37,648 bases of DNA, taken from NCBI GenBank assembly GCA_964453655.1, contig CAYVSP010000005.1, positions 1 through 37,648 of the forward strand, read 5' to 3'. The notes under the pieces were generated by a model, which did not search any database, was not told the DNA's origin, and saw only the letters and a list, made by a program, of their open reading frames with translations. This document shows, in pieces, positions 18,377-28,700 of this stretch. Each line of letters opens with the position of its first letter. Position 1 is the stretch's first letter. The stretch comes from an uncultured Candidatus Saccharibacteria bacterium (GTDB lineage Bacteria > Patescibacteriota > Saccharimonadia > Saccharimonadales > CAYVSP01). Made by a program: the position numbers and the translations under genes.

Positions 18377-18987
18377 TAGTTGGCTCCCTTGATTAACACC
18401 AAACCCTTACGCGGCCCGGGGATTGCTCCGCTCACCCCGATAACATTCTTATCTGCATCAACTAGCGTGATAGTAAGATTGCGCACGGTCACTTGTTCGT
18501 GTCCCATGCGACCGGCCATTTTCTTGCCCTTGAAGATTTTCTGCGGATACATAGAACCTATTGAGCCGGGACGTCTGTACGAGCGGCCACCATGCGTTTT
18601 GCGTCCGCGGTGGAAGTTATGTCGCTTAATGGTACCTGCAAAGCCTTTGCCCTTGCTCACACCTACAGCATGGACTTTATCGCCAACAGTAAAAACATCG
18701 GCTTTCATTTGATCGCCGACGTTCATTTCTTCTGGTAGCTCTTCAACTCGAATCTCGCGTACATTCTTTACTAGTATTTTGGCTAGTTTAAAGTGCCCTT
18801 CAAGGCTTTTACTAACCTTCTTAGCTTTTTCACTGCCTATCTGTACGGCACTATAGCCGTCATTTTCGACTGATTTAAGTTGAGTAACGACATTTGGAGT
18901 AGCCGTAAGCAAAGTAATAGCCTCAACGCTGCCATTATCATTAATGGCGCTGGTCATACCAATTTTACGGGCTAGCAGGGCTTTCAT
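18376..18987 (-). CDS. rplC: 50S ribosomal protein uL3
   Basis: KIGMT, DGYSAVQIG, SKGKGFAGTIKRHNF, KKMAGRMG; start moved to ATG 18987. Confidence 0.98.
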   Translation of the reverse strand: MKALLARKIGMTSAINDNGSVEAITLLTATPNVVTQLKSVENDGYSAVQIGSEKAKKVSKSLEGHFKLAKILVKNVREIRVEELPEEMNVGDQMKADVFTVGDKVHAVGVSKGKGFAGTIKRHNFHRGRKTHGGRSYRRPGSIGSMYPQKIFKGKKMAGRMGHEQVTVRNLTITLVDADKNVIGVSGAIPGPRKGLVLIKGAN

Positions 18988-19124
18988 TATGCTTTGGATC
19001 CTTACTCCTGGGCTTTGTTGACTTAAGCGTAACAATAAAATGCTTGGCTATTCGTAGTATCTACCTCTGTTAGGGGCGGACTTGCGAACCAGCCAAGTAC
19101 CACAGAACTTTTAAATACCGTAAT

Positions 19125-19154
19125 AGATTAGCAGTAAACTTCTACCTCTGTCAA
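19125..19154 (-). promoter_or_regulatory. Putative rplC-operon promoter
   Basis: TTGACA-N18-TAATCT with TGn extension. Confidence 0.55.
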
Positions 19155-19172
19155 GCCGTTGTGGATTCTACA

Positions 19173-19424
19173 TTAAATATTTAAGTACAGTCCGAATGAC
19201 AACCAAAAGCCAATTAAGGCGGCTATGAGCAATACTGCATACTCAATTTTACGGTCAATTTGAAAATGCTCATGAGATGCAAAGATTAACCCTGTGATAA
19301 GGCCTATCGGCACAGGTATCTGCAAATTTTGTCCACGGTTAATTTTAAGCCAAACCGAGCCAAGCATTAGATATAAAACTAATTTCATTAGATAAGCACC
19401 ATCTGTTTGGTTTGGCTTAGCCAT
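19173..19424 (-). CDS. Small membrane protein (about 3 hydrophobic segments)
   Basis: 83-aa ORF with hydrophobic helices around HEHFQIDRKIEY; TGnTACAAT 6 nt before ATG. Confidence 0.75.
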   Translation of the reverse strand: MAKPNQTDGAYLMKLVLYLMLGSVWLKINRGQNLQIPVPIGLITGLIFASHEHFQIDRKIEYAVLLIAALIGFWLSFGLYLNI

Positions 19425-19497
19425 AAGCGTATTGTAGCACTAGCATATAATGCCTCCCTTAGAGTTATTCTATAAAACAAAGATCTTAAAGTATGAG

Positions 19498-19526
19498 TTG
19501 ACCGCTGTTAATAATTATGTTACTAT
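19498..19526 (+). promoter_or_regulatory. Putative promoter of the plus-strand GNAT gene
   Basis: TTGACC-N17-TACTAT with TGn extension; second ATG (19533) lies 6 nt downstream. Confidence 0.55.
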
Positions 19527-19532
19527 ATGCTC

Positions 19533-20135
19533 ATGTCTGAACTATCGTTACTTTGTAAGCCTGAGGATCTATTGATTAACCCTACAGAAGTAGTTGGTTC
19601 ACACCTTATTCGCAGCCCTCGCGAAGGTGATGGATTGGCTTTTATGCCTACTCTTGAACTGCTTGCACGTGACCTGGAGACAGGCGAACCGGATTATGAT
19701 GATATTCATGAAATTGTTAATGCCGTTGAGTTTTCTACACAAGCCCTTATAAGCCGTCAATATGCTGTTGCTGAGAATTCAGATGGCCAGGTCGTTGGTT
19801 TGATGGGATTAAAGCCTCTTGATAGGCGAATGCGTCTTTATGCATTAACTAAAAAACCCGTTGAAGTAATCAACGCCTTTGTGCACCCGAACGAACAAGG
19901 TCACGGCGTAGGGCGCGCTTTATTGGCCCGAATAGAAGACATGGCAATAGAAAGGGGCTATGAGGAAATAGTATTAAACAGTGGCCCCCGTTATGAAAAA
20001 AGTGGCGGCTGGGAATTTTGGCAACATACTATTGGAGAGCCGGTATACATAGCTCACGGATACTACGGTGATGGTAGAAACGCTCCAGTCTGGCGTAAAT
20101 TACTAGCTAAAAGTGGTTCAGATGCTCAGGCTTAA
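19533..20135 (+). CDS. GNAT-family N-acetyltransferase
   Basis: GQVVGLMGL, FVHPNEQGHGVGRALL (acetyl-CoA motif A), ERGYEEIVL; alternative start 19527. Confidence 0.88.
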   Translation: MSELSLLCKPEDLLINPTEVVGSHLIRSPREGDGLAFMPTLELLARDLETGEPDYDDIHEIVNAVEFSTQALISRQYAVAENSDGQVVGLMGLKPLDRRMRLYALTKKPVEVINAFVHPNEQGHGVGRALLARIEDMAIERGYEEIVLNSGPRYEKSGGWEFWQHTIGEPVYIAHGYYGDGRNAPVWRKLLAKSGSDAQA

Positions 20136-20139
20136 CAGC

Positions 20140-20490
20140 CTACATCTTTATTTCGGCGTCGCAACCAGCTGGCAAGGATAGGTTCATAAGACTATCGATT
20201 GTCTTAGGAGTTGGTTCTAGAACATCAATTAGGCGTTTATGAACACGCATTTCAAATTGCTCTCGTCCTTTTTTATAAACGTGCGGGCTTTTAATAACCG
20301 TGTAAACGGTGCGCTTGGTTGGTAGCGGAATAGGTCCGGCAATGGTTGCACCAGTTCGAATAGCGGTATCAACAATCTGCTTCGCCGACTGATCAATTAC
20401 TTTATGATCATAAGCTTTTAAACGGATACGAATCCGTTGCTTGGTACTGGCTTCGGCTTTTGGAGCTGGTTTTTTCTTAGCCTCTGCCAT
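20140..20490 (-). CDS. rpsJ: 30S ribosomal protein uS10
   Basis: [31 protein letters not shown]. Confidence 0.99.
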   Translation of the reverse strand: MAEAKKKPAPKAEASTKQRIRIRLKAYDHKVIDQSAKQIVDTAIRTGATIAGPIPLPTKRTVYTVIKSPHVYKKGREQFEMRVHKRLIDVLEPTPKTIDSLMNLSLPAGCDAEIKM

Positions 20491-20731
20491 CGGTTGTGCC
20501 TATGCCTTTGTTCATATCGACAGTTTGTACACCGGAAAGTCCACCGAGTACTTCTGCAACCGTGCTAAATTCAGAAACGGCACCATCAGATTCAACCAAG
20601 TCCACCGGAACAGTGCCTTCCCAGTAACTTCCTGCGTCCAAGGCTCTTTGAGTTCCTTCAGGACTATCAGTCGCGATATAGCGGCGCACAATTTCGCCAC
20701 CCATTGAATCCTCAACGCGATACACTTTCAT
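20477..20731 (-). CDS. Hypothetical 84-aa acidic protein directly upstream of rpsJ
   Basis: ATG 20731 preceded by AAGGAG; overlaps rpsJ start by 14 nt. Confidence 0.65.
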   Translation of the reverse strand: MKVYRVEDSMGGEIVRRYIATDSPEGTQRALDAGSYWEGTVPVDLVESDGAVSEFSTVAEVLGGLSGVQTVDMNKGIGTTDGRG

Positions 20732-20817
20732 ATAGAACTCCTTGTGATGTAACATCCCTTAATTCTTATGTAGAAGAAGTAAGTGACTTTTAGTCATCAC
20801 TATTATTTAATGATGTA

Positions 20818-20845
20818 ATTATAGCCTGAAACCTCAAAATGTAAA
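20818..20845 (-). promoter_or_regulatory. Putative promoter for the orphan-rpsJ unit
   Basis: TTTACA-N16-TATAAT just downstream of the tuf terminator. Confidence 0.55.
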
Positions 20846-20863
20846 GAATAAAGTGACGTGAAT

Positions 20864-20891
20864 GAAAAGAGCCCTATTTTTGGGCTCTTTC
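20864..20891 (-). terminator. tuf terminator
   Basis: AAAGAGCCC-AAAAATA-GGGCTCTTTT; preceded by a second hairpin TCCGCT-AGTC-AGCGGA (20904-20919). Confidence 0.8.
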
Positions 20892-20923
20892 CTCGGCTTC
20901 TCGTCCGCTGACTAGCGGAAATC

Positions 20924-22105
20924 TTATTTATTGATCTTGGTAACAACACCGGCACCAACGGTTCGGCCGCCTTCGCGGATAGCGAAGCGAAGACCTTGCT
21001 CCATTGCAATTGGCGCAAGTAATTTAACCTTAAATGTTACGGTGTCGCCCGGCATAACCATTTCTTTATCGGCTGGCAATTCAACCTCACCGGTTACATC
21101 TGTAGTACGGAAGTAAAATTGCGGCTTATAGCCTTTAAAGAAAGGTGTGTGGCGCCCGCCTTCATCTTTATTCAAGATGTAAACTTCAGCATCAAATTCG
21201 GTATGAGGTGTAATAGTGCCCGGCTTAGCTAGCACTTGTCCGCGCTCAATGTCTTCACGCTCAATGCCGCGAAGCAGTATACCAACGTTGTCGCCGGCTT
21301 GACCTTGGTCAAGGTTCTTCTTGAACATTTCAACACCTGTCACAACACTTTTCTTGGTCGGACGAATGCCAACAATTTCAATCTCTTCGTTGACTTTAAC
21401 GACTCCGGTCTCAACACGTCCGGTTGCGACAGTACCGCGTCCCTTAATCGAGAAGACATCTTCAATTGGCATCAAAAATGGCTTGTCTAGATCGCGCTTT
21501 GGCTCAGGAATGTAATCATCCATAGCCTTAATAAGCTCCATGATAGCGTCTTCATTGGTAGCGTCGCCTTCCAAAGCTTTAGTAGCTGAGCCTTTGATGA
21601 TGGGTGCATTTTCGTCGAAGTCGTACTTTTTAAGTAGCTCACGAATATCCATTTCAACTAGTTCAACTAGTTCAGGATCGGCTAAGTCCATTTTATTCAT
21701 GAAGACTAGTACGCTAGGTACACCAACTTGCTTGGCCAGCAAAACGTGCTCACGAGTCTGTGGCATAGGGCCGTCAGCAGCGGAAACAACCAAAATGGCG
21801 CCGTCAACCTGGGCCGCACCGGTAATCATGTTCTTAACATAGTCAGCGTGGCCTGGCATATCAACGTGGGCATAATGGCGCTTTTCGCTCTCATATTCTT
21901 GATGAGAAGTAGCAATCGTAATACCACGCGCTTTTTCTTCTGGCGCGTTATCAATTTCGTCATATTTAACCGGCTTATTAATGTCGCTCGGTAGTTTCTT
22001 AGCGAGTACCGCTGTAATAGCGGCGGTTAAGGTAGTCTTACCATGATCAACATGGCCCATAGTACCAACGTTGACGTGTGGCTTGCTTCTATCAAAGTCT
22101 GCCAT
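20924..22105 (-). CDS. tuf: Elongation factor Tu
   Basis: [33 protein letters not shown]. Confidence 0.99.
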   Translation of the reverse strand: MADFDRSKPHVNVGTMGHVDHGKTTLTAAITAVLAKKLPSDINKPVKYDEIDNAPEEKARGITIATSHQEYESEKRHYAHVDMPGHADYVKNMITGAAQVDGAILVVSAADGPMPQTREHVLLAKQVGVPSVLVFMNKMDLADPELVELVEMDIRELLKKYDFDENAPIIKGSATKALEGDATNEDAIMELIKAMDDYIPEPKRDLDKPFLMPIEDVFSIKGRGTVATGRVETGVVKVNEEIEIVGIRPTKKSVVTGVEMFKKNLDQGQAGDNVGILLRGIEREDIERGQVLAKPGTITPHTEFDAEVYILNKDEGGRHTPFFKGYKPQFYFRTTDVTGEVELPADKEMVMPGDTVTFKVKLLAPIAMEQGLRFAIREGGRTVGAGVVTKINK

Positions 22106-22174
22106 TCATCTATCTCCTGTTATGTTGAATGATATTTTCGCATGAGCTAATACACCCACACGAGTTACCAAAAG

Positions 22175-22203
22175 ATATTACCTTATCTTAAGAGGTTTGT
22201 AAA
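22175..22203 (-). promoter_or_regulatory. Putative internal tuf promoter
   Basis: TTTACA-N17-TAATAT. Confidence 0.5.
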
Positions 22204-22206
22204 GTT

Positions 22207-22440
22207 CTATGGAATACTTTGAACAACGCTACCCGCAGTTGGTTGTGGACACACCTGGACAGATGAGAATGGTACGGCAAATCGACCAACTGTTATGCGT
22301 TCAGTGCGTGCGCCTGGACAGTCTAACGGACACGCAACCTGATCAAAATCAAAAAAAGCATCGGAAAGCATGGCTAATTTAAATTGAGCCACGCGTTGCG
22401 GACAGATTCCAGGGCTGTTGGTTTCTTTTTCTAACGGCAT
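22207..22440 (-). CDS. Hypothetical 77-aa protein with four Cys-Pro motifs between fusA and tuf
   Basis: ATG 9 nt after the fusA stop; CP, CPxxCP, CP. Confidence 0.6.
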   Translation of the reverse strand: MPLEKETNSPGICPQRVAQFKLAMLSDAFFDFDQVACPLDCPGARTERITVGRFAVPFSSVQVCPQPTAGSVVQSIP

Positions 22441-22449
22441 ATACTTCTT

Positions 22450-24537
22450 CTACTTAGCGTTCTTCGCGATAATGGCTTCAGCCACATTATTAGGCACATC
22501 AGCATAATGATCAAGCTCCATACTGGAACTGGCCCGTCCTTGAGTCATACTACGCAAGTTAGTGGTATAGCCAAACATTTCACCTAAAGGTACAAAAGCG
22601 GTAATTTCTTTAATGCCGGCCTGTAAATCCTCCATCGATTCGATGCGCCCGCGATTCGAGTTAAGATCACCAATTACATCACCCATAAAGTTCTCGGGAG
22701 TTATTACAACAACCTTCATAATCGGCTCAAGCAGAACGGGGTTAGCCTTCTTGACTCCCTCCTGAATTGCCATAGAACCAGCAATACTGAAAGCCATTTC
22801 TGAACTATCCACATCATGATAACTACCGTCATAAAGCTCGGCCTTGACATCAACCACCGGATAACCAGCGATAACGCCATTATTCAAGGCTTCTTCTATG
22901 CCTTTACGAGCAGCTGGAATATATTCGCTTGGAATGACGCCACCCTTTATGGAGTTAATGAATTCAAAGCCTTTGCCAGCCTCGTTCTGGCTCAATCGAA
23001 GCCAAACATGACCATATTGCCCGCGTCCACCTGTCTGACGAATATATTTACCCTCGGCTTCAACGCCATCTTTACGGATGGTTTCCCGGTAAGCGACTTG
23101 CGGTTGTCCGACATTTGCTTCAACTGTAAACTCGCGCTTCATACGATCCACGATAATCTCGAGGTGAAGTTCGCCCATACCTGAGATAATCGTTTGACCG
23201 GTTTCATCGTCAACTTTTATACGAAAGGTTGGATCTTCTTCGGCCAAGCGCTGCAGCGCCAAAGACATTTTTTCCTGGTCACTTTTTGTTTTAGGTTCAA
23301 TCGCGATGCTGACGGGCGGCTCGGGGAAGGTAATACTCTCCAGCACAACTGGATTATTCGGGTCAGTCAGCGTGTTGCCAGTAGTTGTACCCTTAAGGCC
23401 GACGATAGCTGCAATATCCCCGGCAGCTACTTCGTCAACATCTTCACGCTTATCGGCTTGCATACGCACGATACGCCCGACACGCTCTTTTTCACCTGTT
23501 GAGCTATTGAGAATATACGAACCGGCCTTAACTTTACCTGAGTAGACTCTGAAGAAAGCCAGTTTACCAACAAATGGGTCAGTTGCGATCTTAAATGCTA
23601 GCCCTGCAAAAGGTTCAGACTCGGCCGGGCTGCGTTCAATTTCGTCGCCAGTCTTGGGGTTAGTGCCCCATACCGACCCCCTTTCCAGTGGGCTAGGCAG
23701 GAAGTCATTAACAGCGTCAAGAAGCTTCTCTACGATGACACCCCGTCCGTCGCCACCGCTAACAGCAAAGAATTTACCAGTCAGTACAGCACTGCGAATA
23801 GCCGTACGGATATCTTCTTCATTTAATCCTTCTTCACCAACTTCAAAATACTTTTCAAGCATTTTTTCGTCTTCAGCGACAGCGTTCTCGATCAGCAAGC
23901 TGCGATATCTTTTGACTTCATCAGCCATATCAGCTGGAATTTCAGCCTCAACCAATTCGTGATCGGTATAGGTTTTATAGGTGTAGGCTTTCAGCGTTAT
24001 TAGATCAACAACGCCATTTATACTTTGTTCAAAGCCAATCGGTAGGTGAATCGGAAAAGCTCGCTTATTAAGTCGAGCATGAATTGATTCCAGTGATTTA
24101 TAAAAATCACCGCCCGTTTGGTTAATCTTGTTTATAAAGCAAATGCGAGGCACGCCATATTTGTCAGCTTGTCGCCAGACGGTCTCAGACTGACTTTCAA
24201 CACCCATTTTACCGTCAAAAACCACCACCGCACCATCAAGCACTCGCAAGCTTCGTTCAACTTCTACCGTAAAATCAATGTGGCCGGGGGTGTCAATAAT
24301 GTTGATTTTATGGTCTTTCCAAAAACAAGTAACTGCAGCGCTGGTGATAGTAATTCCACGTTCTCGCTCTTGCGCCATCCAGTCAGTAGTAGTTTCCCCT
24401 TCGTGAACTGCCCCAATCTTGTGTTTTAGGCCTGTGCGATAAAGGATGCCTTCAGTCGTCGTCGTCTTACCGGCATCGATATGAGCAATAATGCCAATGT
24501 TGCGGAACTTCTCTAGTGGATATTTCTTTTCAGCCAT
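22450..24537 (-). CDS. fusA: Elongation factor G (divergent G4/G5 motifs)
   Basis: [35 protein letters not shown]; str-operon position. Confidence 0.99.
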   Translation of the reverse strand: MAEKKYPLEKFRNIGIIAHIDAGKTTTTEGILYRTGLKHKIGAVHEGETTTDWMAQERERGITITSAAVTCFWKDHKINIIDTPGHIDFTVEVERSLRVLDGAVVVFDGKMGVESQSETVWRQADKYGVPRICFINKINQTGGDFYKSLESIHARLNKRAFPIHLPIGFEQSINGVVDLITLKAYTYKTYTDHELVEAEIPADMADEVKRYRSLLIENAVAEDEKMLEKYFEVGEEGLNEEDIRTAIRSAVLTGKFFAVSGGDGRGVIVEKLLDAVNDFLPSPLERGSVWGTNPKTGDEIERSPAESEPFAGLAFKIATDPFVGKLAFFRVYSGKVKAGSYILNSSTGEKERVGRIVRMQADKREDVDEVAAGDIAAIVGLKGTTTGNTLTDPNNPVVLESITFPEPPVSIAIEPKTKSDQEKMSLALQRLAEEDPTFRIKVDDETGQTIISGMGELHLEIIVDRMKREFTVEANVGQPQVAYRETIRKDGVEAEGKYIRQTGGRGQYGHVWLRLSQNEAGKGFEFINSIKGGVIPSEYIPAARKGIEEALNNGVIAGYPVVDVKAELYDGSYHDVDSSEMAFSIAGSMAIQEGVKKANPVLLEPIMKVVVITPENFMGDVIGDLNSNRGRIESMEDLQAGIKEITAFVPLGEMFGYTTNLRSMTQGRASSSMELDHYADVPNNVAEAIIAKNAK

Positions 24538-24542
24538 TATTC

Positions 24543-24818
24543 CTAAATCCCATTGCTTAAGTCGGGTTTATCGATCATTTCTTGGGCAGGAGGTGGAGTG
24601 TTCGCACCAGAAAGGTAGCTTGCTACTTCAGTACAGGCAGAACTGCCTAATGCAAGCGGGAGGGCCAGTGGAAACAAAATTAAGTCGCGTATTGCTTCAG
24701 AAGGAGCCACATGTTCTGACGTTAAACCACTAACCAACGGACATAATCTGTTCGCCAAGGCATCTTGCCTGCTGGCTGTTCGTATAAGCAAGTCTGTTGC
24801 TATGCCGCGAATATCCAC
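24543..24818 (-). CDS. Hypothetical 91-aa protein between rpsG and fusA
   Basis: GTG 1 nt after the rpsG stop; ends 5 nt before fusA ATG; hydrophobic stretch [13 protein letters not shown]. Confidence 0.65.
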   Translation of the reverse strand: MDIRGIATDLLIRTASRQDALANRLCPLVSGLTSEHVAPSEAIRDLILFPLALPLALGSSACTEVASYLSGANTPPPAQEMIDKPDLSNGI

Positions 24819-24819
24819 T

Positions 24820-25299
24820 TTAATACCTTGCGAAGTGGGCGAAGGCGCGATTTGCCTCGGCCATCTTATGAGTGTCTTCTTTTTTCTTTACGGCTGAACC
24901 TTGGCTATTAAAAGCCTCCACTAGCTCTGCGGCAATACGATCTTCCATACTCATTCCTTTACGCGAGCGGGCAGCTTCCACGAACCACATAGTTGTCAGG
25001 TGATTTTGTCGTTGGCCTTTTACCTCAAAAGGAATCTGATAATTAGCACCACCGACGCGGCGAGAGCGCGTTTCTAAATGAGGTTGGATATTCTTAAAAG
25101 CTTGCTCAAATACCTCTAAAGGATTATCCACTTTCAGTTTATTGGCCGCTTTTTGCATGCCATTGTAAACCAGCCGTTCAGCTAGTTGCTTCTTGCCATC
25201 CAACATAACACGGTTAATAAGCCGTTGTACTTGTACACTGTTATATATACGATCTGGTTCTATCTCACGCACGAGTGACTTAGTAACTTTACGCGGCAT
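24820..25299 (-). CDS. rpsG: 30S ribosomal protein uS7
   Basis: MLDGKK, SRRVGGANYQIP, HKMAEANRAFAH. Confidence 0.99.
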   Translation of the reverse strand: MPRKVTKSLVREIEPDRIYNSVQVQRLINRVMLDGKKQLAERLVYNGMQKAANKLKVDNPLEVFEQAFKNIQPHLETRSRRVGGANYQIPFEVKGQRQNHLTTMWFVEAARSRKGMSMEDRIAAELVEAFNSQGSAVKKKEDTHKMAEANRAFAHFARY

Positions 25300-25709
25300 T
25301 ATTTGCCCTTCTTTGTGCCGTACAAACTGCGGCCACGTTTGCGGTCTTGCACACCTTGCAAATCTAGCGATCCACGAACAATGTGATAGCGCACACCGGG
25401 TAAATCAGGTACCCGGCCACCGCGTACCAGCACAACAGCATGTTCTTGTAAATTATGGCCTTCACCGCCAATGTAAGCCCAAACTTCATGGCCGTTGGTT
25501 AAACGAACACGGGCGACTTTCCGTAGTGCCGAGTTTGGCTTTTTTGGTGTCTTGGTAGTTACTTTGATGCAAACACCGCGCTTAAATGGTGCCGGCTTCT
25601 CGTAGTTACGTGTCTTCAGGTTATTAGTAATGCGCATCAAAGCTGGCGACTTACTTTTATGTGTCACCTTTCGCCTGGGCTTACGCACTAATTGACTTAC
25701 GGTTGGCAT
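25299..25709 (-). CDS. rpsL: 30S ribosomal protein uS12
   Basis: [28 protein letters not shown]. Confidence 0.99.
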   Translation of the reverse strand: MPTVSQLVRKPRRKVTHKSKSPALMRITNNLKTRNYEKPAPFKRGVCIKVTTKTPKKPNSALRKVARVRLTNGHEVWAYIGGEGHNLQEHAVVLVRGGRVPDLPGVRYHIVRGSLDLQGVQDRKRGRSLYGTKKGK

Positions 25710-25742
25710 ACTATCTCTTCATCCTGTAAAGCGGTCATTCTA

Positions 25743-28700
25743 TCAGCTTTGTTCATCTGTTTCAACACTCTCTTCATCTTCGTCTTGTGCGCCATAACCG
25801 GTTCCAACCGGAATGCGGCGACCCAGGATGACATTTTCTTTTAGACCAAATAGTTTATCAACCTTACCGCTAGTAGCAGCACTGATGAGTACTCGGGTGG
25901 TGTCCTGAAAACTGGCAGCACTCAAGAAGGAATCAGTGCTTAGGCTAGCTTTGGTAATGCCAAGCAGTAATTGATTGAACTTAGTCGGCTGCTTTTTCTC
26001 ACGCTTGAGACGTTCATTGTCCTCAATGACAGCCTGCTTACTGGCGATATCTCCCACGACGAATTCACTATCACCGGCTTCCTCAATTTGAACGCGACTG
26101 AACATCTGTCGGACAATAATTTCTAAGTGCTTATCGGCAATGTTCTGTCCCTGGCTCGCAAAAATCTTTAGGATTTCATTCATGATATAGCGCTGGGTTG
26201 CCTCCACGCCTTGCAAGCGCATCAGGTCATGAAGATTAATCGAACCGTTCGTTAAACGCTGTCCAGCTACGACGTTTTGACCATTTTTAACATACAATTG
26301 TTTATAGCCAGGTATCTCGTACTTCAATACGCTTTGTTTGGTTGGTGAGATTGCTATATGGTCTTTGTTCACCTTAATCTTGCCCGATATGGTCGCCGTC
26401 AGTGGCTCACTGCCGTCCTCATTGGCGGCAATGACATCACCGATGGCAACCTCATTGCCAGTTTTAATTTGGGGTGTGCGCCCGGCCAACTTGAGCGTAA
26501 CTTTCTCGGCCTCGTCGGCAGCTAACTGCACAAGATAATGGTCGCCATCCTCACTAACTTTTACTGTTCCGGCAATATCCGCTAGAAAAGCTTGACCTTT
26601 AGGCATCCGAACCTCAAACAGTTCCTCAACGCGTGGTAAACCAGTTGTGATATCTTCTCCGGCTACACCGCCAGAGTGAAAAGTCTTTAGTGTTAACTGC
26701 GTGCCGGGCTCGCCAATACTCTGGGCGGCAATAACGCCCACTGGGTGATGTTCAGCAACCAGCTCGCCGGTTGCCGGATCAATACCATAAGACTTGCGAG
26801 TAATTCCCCGTAAGCTAGTGGTGCTCAGAACACTCATAATACGTACACCATCAAGTTGCTTATTGGCTTCAATTTTAGCAGCAACTTCGGGAGTGATGAG
26901 TTTGCCTTTTTTAACTAGGTCACTTATATGTTCAGCTGCAAAGCGGCCGCTTAGGCGTGAGGCATAGCTAACACCTATTTCATCAGCATCTTGGCGGAAC
27001 TGCGCAAAACCAGGATCAGGCGCTTCTTCCTCAAGCGTAAACACATCCTGACTAACATCAACTAGACGGCGAGTCAGATAGCCTGAGTCGGCCGTCTTAA
27101 GGGCAGTGTCAATCATTCCCTTTCGTGCGCCTCTGGTAGCCGTAAAGTACTCAAGAGGAGTCAAGCCATATTTATAGTTAGAGCGAATCGGCAATTCGAT
27201 GGCGCGACCGGTTGCATCAGTTGTAACGCCAAGTAGTCCTACGGCCGTTTTAACTTGGCCGATATTACCACGCGCACCGGAAACAACCGCAATCGACATA
27301 GCACTATCCTCAGTAGCGAACTGCTCACTTAAGGCAGCTTGCACTCGACCATCAACACTTTGCCAGTTTTCAACCGTCAGACGGTGCCTCTCTTCTTCTG
27401 TGATGAAACCTTGGTCATACTGGGCACTTATCTCGGCAGCTCGCTTTTCGCCCTCATCGAGTAATTTATCGAGGCCTTTAATATCCTTAAAGTCACCCAT
27501 GCCCATTGATAAGCCAGACTTTGTGGCATAAGCAAAGCCTATATCCTTCAAATCGTCGGCAATTTCAGCCGTTTTAAGCTGCCCATAAGCTTGGTATACC
27601 AGTGTCATAACAGTTTGTAGTTTCTTCTTGGTCATTGCCTCATCTTGAAACGGAAAGTCTTCAGGGAAAATTTCATTGAATAGTAAGCGCCCTAGCGTAG
27701 TTTCACGTACGATACCACGGTAGGGGGCCCGAACTTTTGTCTGCAAACCAATAGTACCGTTTTCTTCGGCTACAATGGCTTCTTCCAGATTGGCAAAACC
27801 TCGAACTTTTGTCTCTTTGGCACCGGGACGCTCATATGTTAAGTAATAGCAGCCAAGCACTATATCCTGTTCAATATGAAGAATAGGTGAACCATCAGCG
27901 GGTTTAAGCAGATTTTTATTGCTGGCCATGATGTCACGTGCCTCAGCTTGAGCCTGATCGCTTAACGGCAAGTGGACGGCCATTTGGTCACCGTCAAAGT
28001 CAGCATTAAAGCCTTTGCAGACAAGCGGATGTAATTGAATGGCTTTGCCTTCAATTAACACCGGCTTGAAGGCTTGAATACTTAAGCGGTGTAAACTTGG
28101 TGCGCGGTTCAATAACACGTATTTGCCCTTAATGACTTCGTCTAAGGCATCCCAAACTGCGGTTTCGCCCATTTCGATCATCCGCGTAGCGCTACGAATA
28201 TTGTGGGCATGTTCTTCTTCTATCAGATTCCCGATGACAAATGGCTTGAAGAGCTCTAAGGCCATCATTTTAGGCAAACCGCATTGGTCAATTTTAAGCT
28301 CAGGGCCAGCTACAATAACTGAGCGGCCAGAGTAATCAACCCGCTTACCAAGCAGATTTTGGCGGAACCTGCCTTGTTTGCCCTTTAGCATATCACTCAA
28401 GCTTTTAAGCCGACGGCGTTGACCAGTGGCAGCTATGGCACGGCCGCTACGAGCACTATTGTTATCAATCAGAGCATCGACTGCTTCTTGTAGCATACGC
28501 TGTTCGTTGCGGCGAATAACCTCTGGCGCATTAAGCTCAATAAGTTTCTTCAGACGGTTGTTACGGTTAATAACACGTCGATAAAGATCGTTTAAGTCAC
28601 TTGTGGCAAAACGGCCGCCAGTTAACTGCACCATAGGCCTTAGGTCTGGTGGAATAACCGGCAATACGGACATACATAAGCTACTTGGTTTAATGCCGGC

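Noticed and set aside
18988-19035. N-terminal extension of uL3 in the ORF track
   Set aside because: Homology starts at MKALLARK (ATG 18987); the upstream part is leader
20803-21018. 71-aa minus-strand ORF across the tuf end
   Set aside because: Overlaps tuf, its terminator and the next promoter
25697-25738. 13-aa mini-[16 protein letters not shown] bridging rpoC and rpsL
   Set aside because: Fits the junction-ORF theme but is too short to distinguish from chance
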